Source: Macrostomum lignano
Taxonomy: Eukaryota
Assembly (NCBI GenBank): GCA_002269645.1
Contig: NIVC01000266.1
Span: forward strand, 62,001 to 126,000
Length of the DNA: 64,000 bases
Reading direction: 5' to 3'
Shown: positions 24,752 to 34,865 of the stretch, in pieces
Layout of the letters: every line of letters starts with the position of its first letter
How positions within the stretch are numbered: the stretch's first letter is position 1
Translations under genes and position numbers: made by a program
Notes under the pieces: model-generated
The model's database searches: none
What the model saw: the letters and a program-made list of their open reading frames with translations, nothing else
Told to the model about the DNA's origin: nothing

Positions 24752-25298
24752 CTCCATGTGCGCCCAAATCTTGGCGGGATCCCAGGTGTTCCAAACCTTG
24801 GCCGGTGGCTTGTCGATGGGATTATTGTGCAGCCACAGGCCTCGCTTGAACAGCCCGCTAAACTGGTGCGCTCGGTCCAGCCCGGCCAGGCCAGCCATCT
24901 CCGGCGGGATTGAAGTCAACCGGTTCCCAGTGAGGTCCAGAGTTTGAAGCTGATCACCCAGGCTGCACAGCGACTTCGGCAACGCATCCAAGCGGTTGCC
25001 AGGCAGCAGGAGGGCGGTGAGCTTGGTCAGCTGTCCGATATTGTCCGGCAGTTTGGCGATGCAATTGAAGCCCAGATCGATGCGTTCGAGTTCGGTGAGG
25101 TCGGCCAGCGAGTCCACGAAGGTGAGCTGGTTGTGCCGGGCCAGCAGCACCCGGAGGCTTCGGAGATCCTTCAGCGCCGGCGGCAGCGTCTTGAAGCCGT
25201 TGCGGGACACATCGAGTAGGGTGAGCTGGCGGAGAGAGCAGACCGCCTCGGGAAAGGCTGGGAAATAATTCGCCGCGATGTTCAGCTCAACCAGCGAC
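24752..25298 (-). CDS. ROCO exon 3: leucine-rich repeats
   Basis: LxxLxLxxNxL repeats. Acceptor CCCCCAG|G and donor GAG|GTGAGT; 547 nt, phases 2/0 match neighbouring exons. Confidence 0.9.
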
Positions 25299-25309
25299 CT
25301 GGGGGTGTT

Positions 25310-27058
25310 GGTTCCGGAGTGACTTTATTCTGTGCGCTGCTGGCGGTTCCAGAGTGACTTTACTCTGTGCGCTGCTGGCGTTTCCGGAGTGACTTTACTC
25401 TGTGGGCTGCTGGCGGTTCCGGAGTGACTTTAATCTGTGGGCAGCTGCTGGTTTGTTCCAGAGTGACTTTATTCTGTGGGCTGCTGGTTGTTCCAGAGTG
25501 ACTTTATTCTGTGGGCTGCTGCTGGTTTGTTCCAGAGTGACTTTATTCTGTGGGCTGCTGGTTGTTCCAGAGTGACTTTATTCTGTGGGCTGCTGGTTTG
25601 TTCCAGAGTGACTTTATTCTGTGGGCTGCTGGTTGTTCCAGAGTGACTTTATTCTGTGGACTGTTGATTGTTCCAGAGTGACTTTATTCTGTGGGCTGCT
25701 GGTTTGTTCCAGAGTGACTTTATTCTGTGGGCTGCTGGTTTGTTCCAGAGTGACTTTATTCTGTGGGCTGCTGCTGATTGTTCCAGAGTGACTTTATTCT
25801 GTGGGCTGCTGGTTGTTCCAGAGTGACTTTATTCTGTGGACTGCTGGTTTGTTCCAGAGTGACTTTATTCTGTGGGCTGCTGGTTGTTCCAGAGTGACTT
25901 TATTCTGTGGGCTGCTGGTTTGTTCCAGAGTGACTTTATTCTGTGGGCTGCTGGTTGTTCCAGAGTGACTTTATTCTGTGGACTGTTGATTGTTCCAGAG
26001 TGACTTTATTCTGTGGGCTGCTGGTTTGTTCCAGAGTGACTTTATTCTGTGGGCTGCTGGTTTGTTCCAGAGTGACTTTATTCTGTGGGCTGCTGCTGAT
26101 TGTTCCAGAGTGACTTTATTCTGTGGGCTGCTGGTTTGTTCCAGAGTGACTTTATTCTGTGGGCTGCTGGTTGTTCCAGAGTGACTTTATTCTGTGGACT
26201 GCTGGTTTGTTCCAGAGTGACTTTATTCTGTGGGCTGCTGGTTGTTCCAGAGTGACTTTATTCTGTGGGCTGCTGGTTTGTTCCAGAGTGACTTTATTCT
26301 GTGGGCTGCTGCTGATTGTTTCAGAGTGACTTTATTCTGTGGGCTGCTGCTGATTTGTTCCAGAGTGACTTTATTCTGTGGACTGTTGGTTGTTCCAGAG
26401 TGACTTTATTCTGTGGGCTGCTGGTTGTTCCAGAGTGACTTTATTCTGTGGACTGTTGGTTGTTCCAGAGTGACTTTATTCTGTGGGCTGCTGGTTATTC
26501 CAGAGTGACTTTATTCTGTGGACTGCTGCTGGTTTGTTCCAGAGTGACTTTATTCTGTGGGCTGCTGGTTTGTTCCAGAGTGACTTTACTCTGTGGGCTG
26601 CTGGTTGTTCCAGAGTGACTTTATTCTGTGGGCTGCTGGTTGTTCCAGAGTGACTTTATTCTGTGGACTGCTGCTGATTTGTTCCAGAGTGACTTTATTC
26701 TGTGGGCTGCTGCTGGTTTGTTCCAGAGTGACTTTATTCTGTGGGCTGCTGCTGATTGTTCCAGAGTGACTTTATTCTGTGGGCTGCTGCTGGTTTGTTC
26801 CAGAGTGACTTTATTCTGTGGACTGTTGGTTGTTCCAGAGTGACTTTACTCTGTGGACTGTTGATTGTTTCAGAGTGACTTTACTCTGTGGACTGTTGGT
26901 TGTTCCAGAGTGACTTTATTCTGTGGGCTGCTGGTTGTTCCAGAGTGACTTTATTCTGTGGACTGTTGATTGTTCCAGAGTGACTTTACTCTGTGGACTG
27001 TTAATTGTTCCAGAGTGACTTTATTCTGTGGGCTGCTGGTTGTTCCAGGGTGACTTTT
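25310..27058. repeat. Intronic 35-39-bp minisatellite (GTTCCAGAGTGACTTTATTCTGTGGGCTGCTG)
   Basis: Tandem array occupying nearly all of ROCO intron 2. Confidence 0.95.
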
Positions 27059-27096
27059 TTGTCGATCCCGCAGAACCGGCCCCGTTCCCAGCTCAC

Positions 27097-27727
27097 CTGG
27101 TCAGACTCCTGGGCAACGCGTTCACCTTGCAAGCCTCCAAGTCCATCTCCAGCAGCTGGGGAATGTGAAACACCACGGACGGTATGTGCTCGGAGGTGAG
27201 TTGCTGCCTCTGCAGCATGCCATCGGTTTCAGCGTCAACCCCGGACGCGAACACGCGATAGTTGATGTGCAGCGTGTGCAGCCGGTTCAGCTCCCGCAGG
27301 CTGTCCGGCAGCGAGTCGATGGGGTTCCCGAACAGCAGAAGGCTCTCCAGAGCGTCGCAGCAGACGATCTCCTCCGGCAGAGTCTTGATCCCAGTCTGCG
27401 TGGCGTTCAGGTGAACCAGCCGCTCCAGCTTCATGATGTCCGACGGGATGGCGCCGACTTTGTTCCGGCTGATGTCGAGTTTCTCCAAGCCGACGATGGA
27501 CCAGACGGCCGGGGGGATGTGCATCAGGCTGCACTCGGACAGCAGGAGCTCGCGCAGCTCGGCCATCGTCTCCATCTCCTTTGGCAGGCTGGTGAAGTCC
27601 CTGGGATGAGCGCAGCGAAGTCCGTTGCGGCTGAGGTCGAGGTGCCTCAGCTGGGTCAGGTTGCTGATCTCAGGTGGCAGGCCGCGGATGTTGTTGGAGC
27701 TCAGGTTCAGCACAGTGATGTGCGTCT
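27097..27727 (-). CDS. ROCO exon 2: leucine-rich repeats
   Basis: LRRs (VLNLSSNNIRGLP, HLDLSRNGL, KLDISRNKV). Acceptor AACCAG|AG and donor AG|GTGAGC; 631 nt, phases 1/2. Confidence 0.9.
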
Positions 27728-28037
27728 CTGGTTTGGGGTGGAGCGCAGTGCGAACTGATGTTGAACTCTCAGCAGCCATAATGAGCTGTGCACGCGTTGT
27801 TAGTCCCCGGTAACTCTCACTCCTACCCATCTCATTTTCTCTCCCTCTCCTTCTCTGTCTCCCTCTCCTTCTCTCTGTCTCCCTCTCCTCACTGTCTCCC
27901 TCTCCTCTCTGTCTCCCTCTCCTCTCTCTCTCTCTCTCTCTCTCTCGCTCCCTCCCTTTCCTATCTCCCTCTTTATCCCTCTCTTCCTCTCCTTCTCTGT
28001 CTCCCTATGCTTTCCTAACCTACTACTAACCTAACCT

Positions 28038-28880
28038 CCCATCCCCAAGCTACTTCTCTCCTCAATCCACAAGCTACTTCTCTCCTCAATCCCCAAGCTA
28101 CTTCTCTCCTCAATCCCCAAGCTACTTCTCTCCTCAATCCCCAAGCTACTTCTCTCCTTAATCCACAAGCTACTTCTCTCTTCAATCCCCAAGCTACTTC
28201 TCTCTTCAATCCCCAAGCTACTTCTCTCCTCAATCCCCAAGCTACTTCTCTCCTCAATCCCCAAGCTACTTCTCTCTTCAATCCCCAAGCTACTTCTCTC
28301 CTCAATCCCCAAGCTACTTCTCTCCTCAATCCCCAAGCTACTTCTCTCCTCAATCCACAAGCTACTTCTCTCCTCAATCCACAAGCTACTTCTCTCTTCA
28401 ATCCCCAAGCTACTTCTCTCCTCAATCCCCAAGCTACTTCACTCCTCAATCCCCAAGCTACTTCTCTCCTCAATCCCCAAGCTACTTCTCTCCTCAATCC
28501 CCAAGCTACTTCTCTCCTCAATCCCCAAGCTACTTCTCTCCTTAATCCACAAGCTACTTCTCTCCTCAATCCCCAAGCTACTTCTCTCCTCAATCCACAA
28601 GCTACTTCTCTCTTCAATCCACAAGCTACTTCTCTCCTCAATCCACAAGCTAATTCTCTCTTCAATCCCCAAGCTACTTCTCTCCTCAATCCCCAAGCTA
28701 CTTCTCTCCTCAATCCCCAAGCTACTTTCTCTCCTCAATCCACAAGCTACTTCTCTCTTCAATCCCCAAGCTACTTCTCTCCTCAATCCCCAAGCTACTT
28801 CTCTCCTCAATCCCCCAGCTACTTCTCTCCTCAATCCCCAAGCTACTTCTCTCCTCAATCCCCAAGCTACTTCTCTCTCC
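28038..28880. repeat. Intronic 24-bp minisatellite (CTACTTCTCTCCTCAATCCCCAAG), preceded by a CT-rich tract (27830-28010)
   Basis: Tandem array in ROCO intron 1. Confidence 0.95.
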
Positions 28881-28925
28881 CAATCCAAACCTCTTCTCCC
28901 CCAGCCTGGCGCAGCCCGAACTCAC

Positions 28926-29130
28926 TGGCGAACAGAGAGCTCGGTGCCATGGTGAGGCCCTGACTTGAGAAGTCCAACTCGTCCCGGCTCCGCCCCTCCG
29001 ACTGTCCGATCATCTCGGACTGCCGCCTGGAGCCGGCCGCTCGCTCTCCAGCATCCGACTGCGCAGCCTCATCTTCAGCGTTATTTTTATCAACCACAGC
29101 TTCATCGTTCGCCTCGCCTACAGATTCCAT
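28926..29130 (-). CDS. ROCO exon 1 (ATG at 29130); joined protein about 1013 aa
   Basis: Ends ELDFSSQGLTMAPSSLFA with donor A|GTGAGT (phase 1). The join gives a continuous LRR (...SLFAKTHITVLNLSSN...). Confidence 0.8.
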
Positions 29131-29552
29131 ATATCTCTCTCTGAGCTCTTGCCAGCTTAGAAAATGTTCCTCAAGCTAAATGGCAAGCGTCTATACCAAC
29201 CCCTCTCTATCTCTCCTTTTTATTAAATACCCTTACTAAGAGGCGGCGAGTGAGGCTAGCAAATCTCAATAGACAGGTCAGCAGGGCAGAGGGAGAGGCG
29301 GAGCAGGTCTGAATGAATGCAAAATGAGCAAAGGGGTTTCTATATGCGTTGTGTGTAGACTTGCCCTGTCCTGCGCCTGTACAGCAGTTGTGTACTCAGA
29401 GAGTTGCTGTGCGCGCAGACGCCAACCCCTGTTGCCAATATCAACAGATAGAGGAGTGTCAGTTAACAAAGTTTGTCATTTAGTACACTATACTATACCT
29501 GCAAACTGCAAAGCATTTCGGCCATTAATAATGTTTCTTTAACTGGAGCTAA

Positions 29553-30223
29553 ATTCAGATCATGCCATAGACAGCTGCTGCGTTCACGCAAAACGTTGCA
29601 CCCCAGTTTGCAGAACACTTCGTGCCCCAGGACTAGAGACAGTTTAAGAATCATCTAGCGATTCTGGGACGACTCTTGCGACTTTTTACCGACTCAACCG
29701 ACTGTAATGCACCGGAGAGGCGACTGTCGAGTCACGAGCCTATCACGTCAGTTACAGAATCGTAAAAGAGTCGTTGCGATAGCGCTTAACTTTCTACTAA
29801 CTCAAGTAGACTAAATAGAGTTTTTTCATAAATGTGAAATGCGATTCTAATTCATAAAGTGACGTAGATGCGCTTTAGACGCAGCTCTACAGATTCTACA
29901 GCGACTCTGGCACCCCTCAGATACGACTCTGCGGCCCCAGAATCTTTGTAGAAGCCCCCAGAGTCGTTTCAGAGTCGCAGATATTAAAGCACCTCAAATG
30001 TATACTCTTTAGCGACATTTGGTGACTTGAACCGTGACATCTCGTCGCTTTAGAGTCGTCTAGAGTCACTTCTTTCCTATTTTTACCTGCGTCATCTGCA
30101 ATGACTCTGAAACGACTCTGGGGAGTTGGCCCGTGATTGAGTCAATCGGGTTGGGACGAAGTGTCCTGCAAACTGGGATGCAACGTTTTGCGTACACGCA
30201 GCTGTCTATGGCATGATCTGAAT
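29553..30223. mobile_element. MITE-like inverted-repeat element (671 bp, ~70-bp TIRs)
   Basis: 29553-29623 is the reverse complement of 30156-30223, with 4 mismatches and a 3-nt indel. The interior is non-coding with many GAGTC/GACTC motifs. No TSD resolved. Confidence 0.75.
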
Positions 30224-30260
30224 CAGGCGTCAGCAAACTTTTTCACCTTGAGGGCCAGAT
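30224..30260 (+). mobile_element. hAT (Charlie-like) transposon terminus
   Basis: CAGGCGTCAGCAAACTTTTT...AGGGCCAGATA resembles remembered hAT-Charlie left ends (CAGGGGTCGGCAAACT...). No matching right end seen. Confidence 0.55.
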
Positions 30261-31342
30261 AGAAAGGCACGTCTCATCTATAGCTAATGGTTGTGGGCCA
30301 GATAGAAAGGCACGTCTCATCTATAGCTAATGGTTGCGGGCCAGATAGAAAGGCACGTCTCATCTATAGCTAATGGTTGCGGGCCAGATAGAAAGGCACG
30401 TCTCATCTATAGCTAATGGTTGCGGGCCAGATAGAAAGGCACGTCTCATCTATAGCTAATGGTTGCGGGCCAGATAGAAAGGCACGTCTCATCTATAGCT
30501 AATGGTTGCGGGCCAGATAGAAAGGCACGTCTCATCTATAGCTAATGGTTGCGGGCCAGATGTAAAGGCACGTCTCATCTATAGCTAATGGTTGTGGGCC
30601 AGATAGAAAGGCACGTCTCATCTATAGCTAATGGTTGCGGGCCAGATAGAAAGGCACGTCTCATCTATAGCTAATGGTTGCGGGCCAGATAGAAAGGCAC
30701 GTCTCATCTATAGCTAATGGTTGCGGGCCAGATAGAAAGGCACGTCTCATCTATAGCTAATGGTTGTGGGCCAGATAGAAAGGCACGTCTCATCTATAGC
30801 TAATGGTTGCGGGCCAGATAGAAAGGCACGTCTCATCTATAGCTAATGGTTGCGGGCCAGATAGAAAGGCACGTCTCATCTATAGCTAATGGTTGCGGGC
30901 CAGATAGAAAGGCACGTCTCATCTATAGCTAATGGTTGCGGGCCAGATAGAAAGGCACGTCTCATCTATAGCTAATGGTTGCGGGCCAGATAGAAAGGCA
31001 CGTCTCATCTATAGCTAATGGTTGTGGGCCAGATAGAAAGGCACGTCTCATCTATAGCTAATGGTTGCGGGCCAGATGTAAAGGCACGTCTCATCTATAG
31101 CTAATGGTTGTGGGCCAGATAGAAAGGCACGTCTCATCTATAGCTAATGGTTGCGGGCCAGATAGAAAGGCACGTCTCATCTATAGCTAATGGTTGTGGG
31201 CCAGATAGAAAGGCACGTCTCATCTATAGCTAATGGTTGTGGGCCAGATAGAAAGGCACGTCCCATCTATAGCTAATGGTTGCGGGCCAGATAGAAAGGC
31301 ACGTCTCATCTATAGCTAATGGTTGTGGGCCAGATAGAAAGG
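30252..31342. repeat. 43-bp minisatellite, about 25 near-identical copies
   Basis: Unit GGGCCAGATAGAAAGGCACGTCTCATCTATAGCTAATGGTTGC; differences are mostly a C/T variant plus a TGTA variant. Confidence 0.97.
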
Positions 31343-32269
31343 AATAGAAAATGAGAGATTAGAGAAGAGAGGAGAGGCGATAGAAGGAATGAGAGAAAAT
31401 ATAGAAGAGGAGAGAAGAGGGGAGAAAGGAGAGAATAGAGAGAGAGAGTTGAGAAGAGACAGAAGCCTTGAGAGCGGGGCCGGATTGCCATTGTGAAGTG
31501 TCTTTGTGTAAACAGGAAGCTTTGCCTGTTCAAATTTTTCGAAAAGCAGAAATCATTAAGCCTGGCATTTCCGCGTAAAGAGATCAGTGTGATGCGTGCA
31601 GGCTGATGAAGCTGGAACTGAAGATTTTTGTTATTCTTTTGAAGCACCCCTCGTTATATTCGAGTAAAGTTGTAAATCTAGGATTAAGAACAATTAAAAA
31701 CAACAAAGATAGAATTTTTATGGCTTTCTAGCTTACAAGTTAGAAAAAAAACATGTTTCGTTTGTTTATTTGATTGGCCAATTTGGTTTGTTAGCACAAG
31801 CACTGATTTTGTGTTTATTTATATTGTGTAAATTATTTACGAATTTAATAAATTACATGTACGCACACGCATAGAATACATGCTAGCCGTGCTGGCTACA
31901 ATACGGTAAAGAGAAAGGGAGGGGAAGGGAGGTCAGGGTGGGTAGAGGGATGAGAGAGGGAGAGATAAGGTAGGGTGAGAGAGGGAGACATAAGGAGGGT
32001 AGAGAGAGGGCGATAAGGTAGGAAGAAGAAGAAGATAGAAACAAACCCATGTAGACTGCGAGTAGATCGACAAGCAAAAGCAGAAAATACGCGAAACAAC
32101 TTTGAGTGCAGCTGCGCTGCGCGGGCAAAAAAGCGAAGCGAAACAATTTTTGCAATGCGATGAGAAGCGAATGCAGTGCAAGCGAACTGAATCACCAACT
32201 TGTGGCTTTGGTGATCAACATTATTTATTTAGGTGTGCCTTGTCTGAGGCGATTTTGAAGTTCAGAGGC

Positions 32270-34200
32270 CGATGCTTAAGTGTCTGTAGGGTGGTGCTAA
32301 AGTGCCTGTAGGGCGATGCTTAAGTGTCCGTAGGGCGATGCTTAAGTGTCTGTAGGGCGGTGCTTAAGTGTCTGTAGGGCGATGCTTAAGTGTCTGTAGG
32401 GCGATGCTTAAGTGTCTGTAGGGCGATGCTTAAGTGTCTGTAGGCCCATGCTTAAGTGTCTGTAGGGCGATGATTAAGTGTCTGTAGAGCGATGCTTAAG
32501 TGTCTGTAGGCCCATGCTTAAGTGTCTGTAGAGCGATGATTAAATGTCTGTAGGGCGATGATTAAGTGTCTGTAGGGCGATGCTTAAGTGCATGTAGGCC
32601 CATGCTCAAGTGTCTGTAGGCCCATGCTCAAGTGTCTGTAGGCCCATGCTTAAGTGTCTGTAGGCCCATGCTCAAGTGTCTGTAGGCCCATGCTCAAGTG
32701 TCTGTAGGCCCATGCTTAAGTGTCTGTAGGGCGATGATTAAGTGTCTGTAGGGCGATGCTTAAGTGCATGTAGGCCCATGCTCAAGTGTCTGTAGGCCCA
32801 TGCTCAAGTGTCTGTAGGCCCATGCTCAAGTGTCTGTAGGCCCATGCTTAAGTGTCTGTAGAGCGATGATTAAGTGCCTGTAGGGCGATGCTTAAGTGTC
32901 TCTAGGCCCATTCTTAAGTGTCTGTAGGCCCATGCTTAAGTGTCTGTAGGCCCATGCTTAAGTGTCTGTAGAGCGATGATTAAGTGTCTGTAGGGCGATG
33001 ATTAAGTGCATGTAGGCCCATGCTCAAGTGTCTGTAGGCCCATGCTCAAGTGTCTGTAGGCCCATGCTCAAGTGTCTGTAGGCCCATGCTTAAGTGTCTG
33101 TAGGCCCATGCTTAAGTGTCTGTAGAGCGATGATTAAGTGCCTGTAGGGCGATGCTTAAGTGTCTCTAGGCCCATTCTTAAGTGTCTGTAGGCCCATGCT
33201 TAAGTGTCTGTAGGCCCATGCTTAAGTGTCTGTAGAGCGATGATTAAGTGTCTGTAGGGCGATGATTAAGTGTCTGTAGGGCGATGCTTAAGTGCATGTA
33301 GGCCCATGCTTAAGTGTCTGTAGGCCCATTCTTAAGTGTCTGTAGGGCGATGATTAAGTGCCTGTAAGGCGGTGCTAAAGTGCATGTAGGCCGATGATTA
33401 AGTGTCTGTAGGCCCATGCTCAAGTGTCTGTAGGCCCATGCTTAAGTGTCTGTAGAGCGATGATTAAGTGCCTGTAGGGCGATGCTTAAGTGTCTCTAGG
33501 CCCATTCTTAAGTGTCTGTAGGCCCATGCTTAAGTGTCTGTAGGCCCATGCTTAAGTGTCTGTAGAGCGATGATTAAGTGTCTGTAGGGCGATGCTTAAG
33601 TGCATGTAGGCCCATGCTTAAGTGTCTCTAGGCCCATTCTTAAGTGTCTGTAGGCCCATGCTCAAGTGTCTGTAGGCCCATGCTTAAGTGTCTGTAGAGC
33701 GATGATTAAGTGCCTGTAGGGCGATGCTTAAGTGTCTCTAGGCCCATTCTTAAGTGTCTGTAGGCCCATGCTTAAGTGTCTGTAGGCCCATGCTTAAGTG
33801 TCTGTAGAGCGATGATTAAGTGTCTGTAGGGCGATGCTTAAGTGCATGTAGGCCCATGCTTAAGTGTCTCTAGGCCCATTCTTAAGTGTCTGTAGGCCCA
33901 TGCTCAAGTGTCTGTAGGCCCATGCTTAAGTGTCTGTAGAGCGATGATTAAGTGCCTGTAGGGCGATGCTTAAGTGTCTCTAGGCCCATTCTTAAGTGTC
34001 TGTAGGCCCATGCTTAAGTGTCTGTAGGCCCATGCTTAAGTGTCTGTAGAGCGATGATTAAGTGTCTGTAGGGCGATGATTAAGTGTCTGTAGGGCGATG
34101 CTTAAGTGCATGTAGGCCCATGCTTAAGTGTCTGTAGGGCGGTGCTTAAGTGCCTGTAAGGCGGTGCTAAAGTGCCTGTAAGGCGGTGCTAAAGTGCCTA
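32270..34200. repeat. 22-bp minisatellite (GATGCTTAAGTGTCTGTAGGGC / CATGCTTAAG...) with 242-bp higher-order blocks
   Basis: Tandem array; the variant pattern recurs at 33421, 33663 and 33905. Confidence 0.95.
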
Positions 34201-34865
34201 AAATCTATTTTCAAACGGTCATTTTCAACAAAATTTCCACTTGGAAAATGAGAACAAAGTCGCATTGCCGAATTTCGATTTAAGAAGCACAGAATTCACT
34301 AAGGCAGCAAATATTGACAGACAAAATTCATAAGCCTACTATAAAATCAAGAACCTGAATTAGTCTAATAATTAACTGCACAAAAGCGAATAATTAGCAT
34401 AGCCAGTTAGCTGAGCGACACACAGGAGACGACAATTTTGAGCACCTCAACGCGGGAGAAAACTGATTATCAGATCGTTTTGATACAATAATTAAAAATT
34501 GAATTTATAATTAACAAGCAACAGACAGGCAGTAACAAAGCAGTGCAGACGAATTCGACAATTTGAAATTTAATTTAACGCGGAAGAAAAAATGCAAAGA
34601 AGCAGTTAAAAAAACTGTTAAAAAATTTATGCACAATTTATAAGCAGTAATGCCATAAGTACATGTTTATATATGTACAAATATTTAAGCACATTTACAC
34701 AATTTTCATACTTTTCATAAAAGTCAGGTAAACTAGTCTTGAACTGGCGTGAAACTGTTTAGTTTGTTTAAAACAACAATTGTTGCGTTACTGATTAGTA
34801 GAGATTTTGAAAAAAACATTTTGCAAAATAAATTGCTGACCTCAACCAACTCGAGCCGAGTTTCT

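Noticed and set aside
30252-31342. CRISPR-like appearance of the regular 43-bp array (also 25310-27058 and 41333-42424)
   Set aside because: There are no unique spacers, the units are head-to-tail, there are no cas genes, and the context is eukaryotic.
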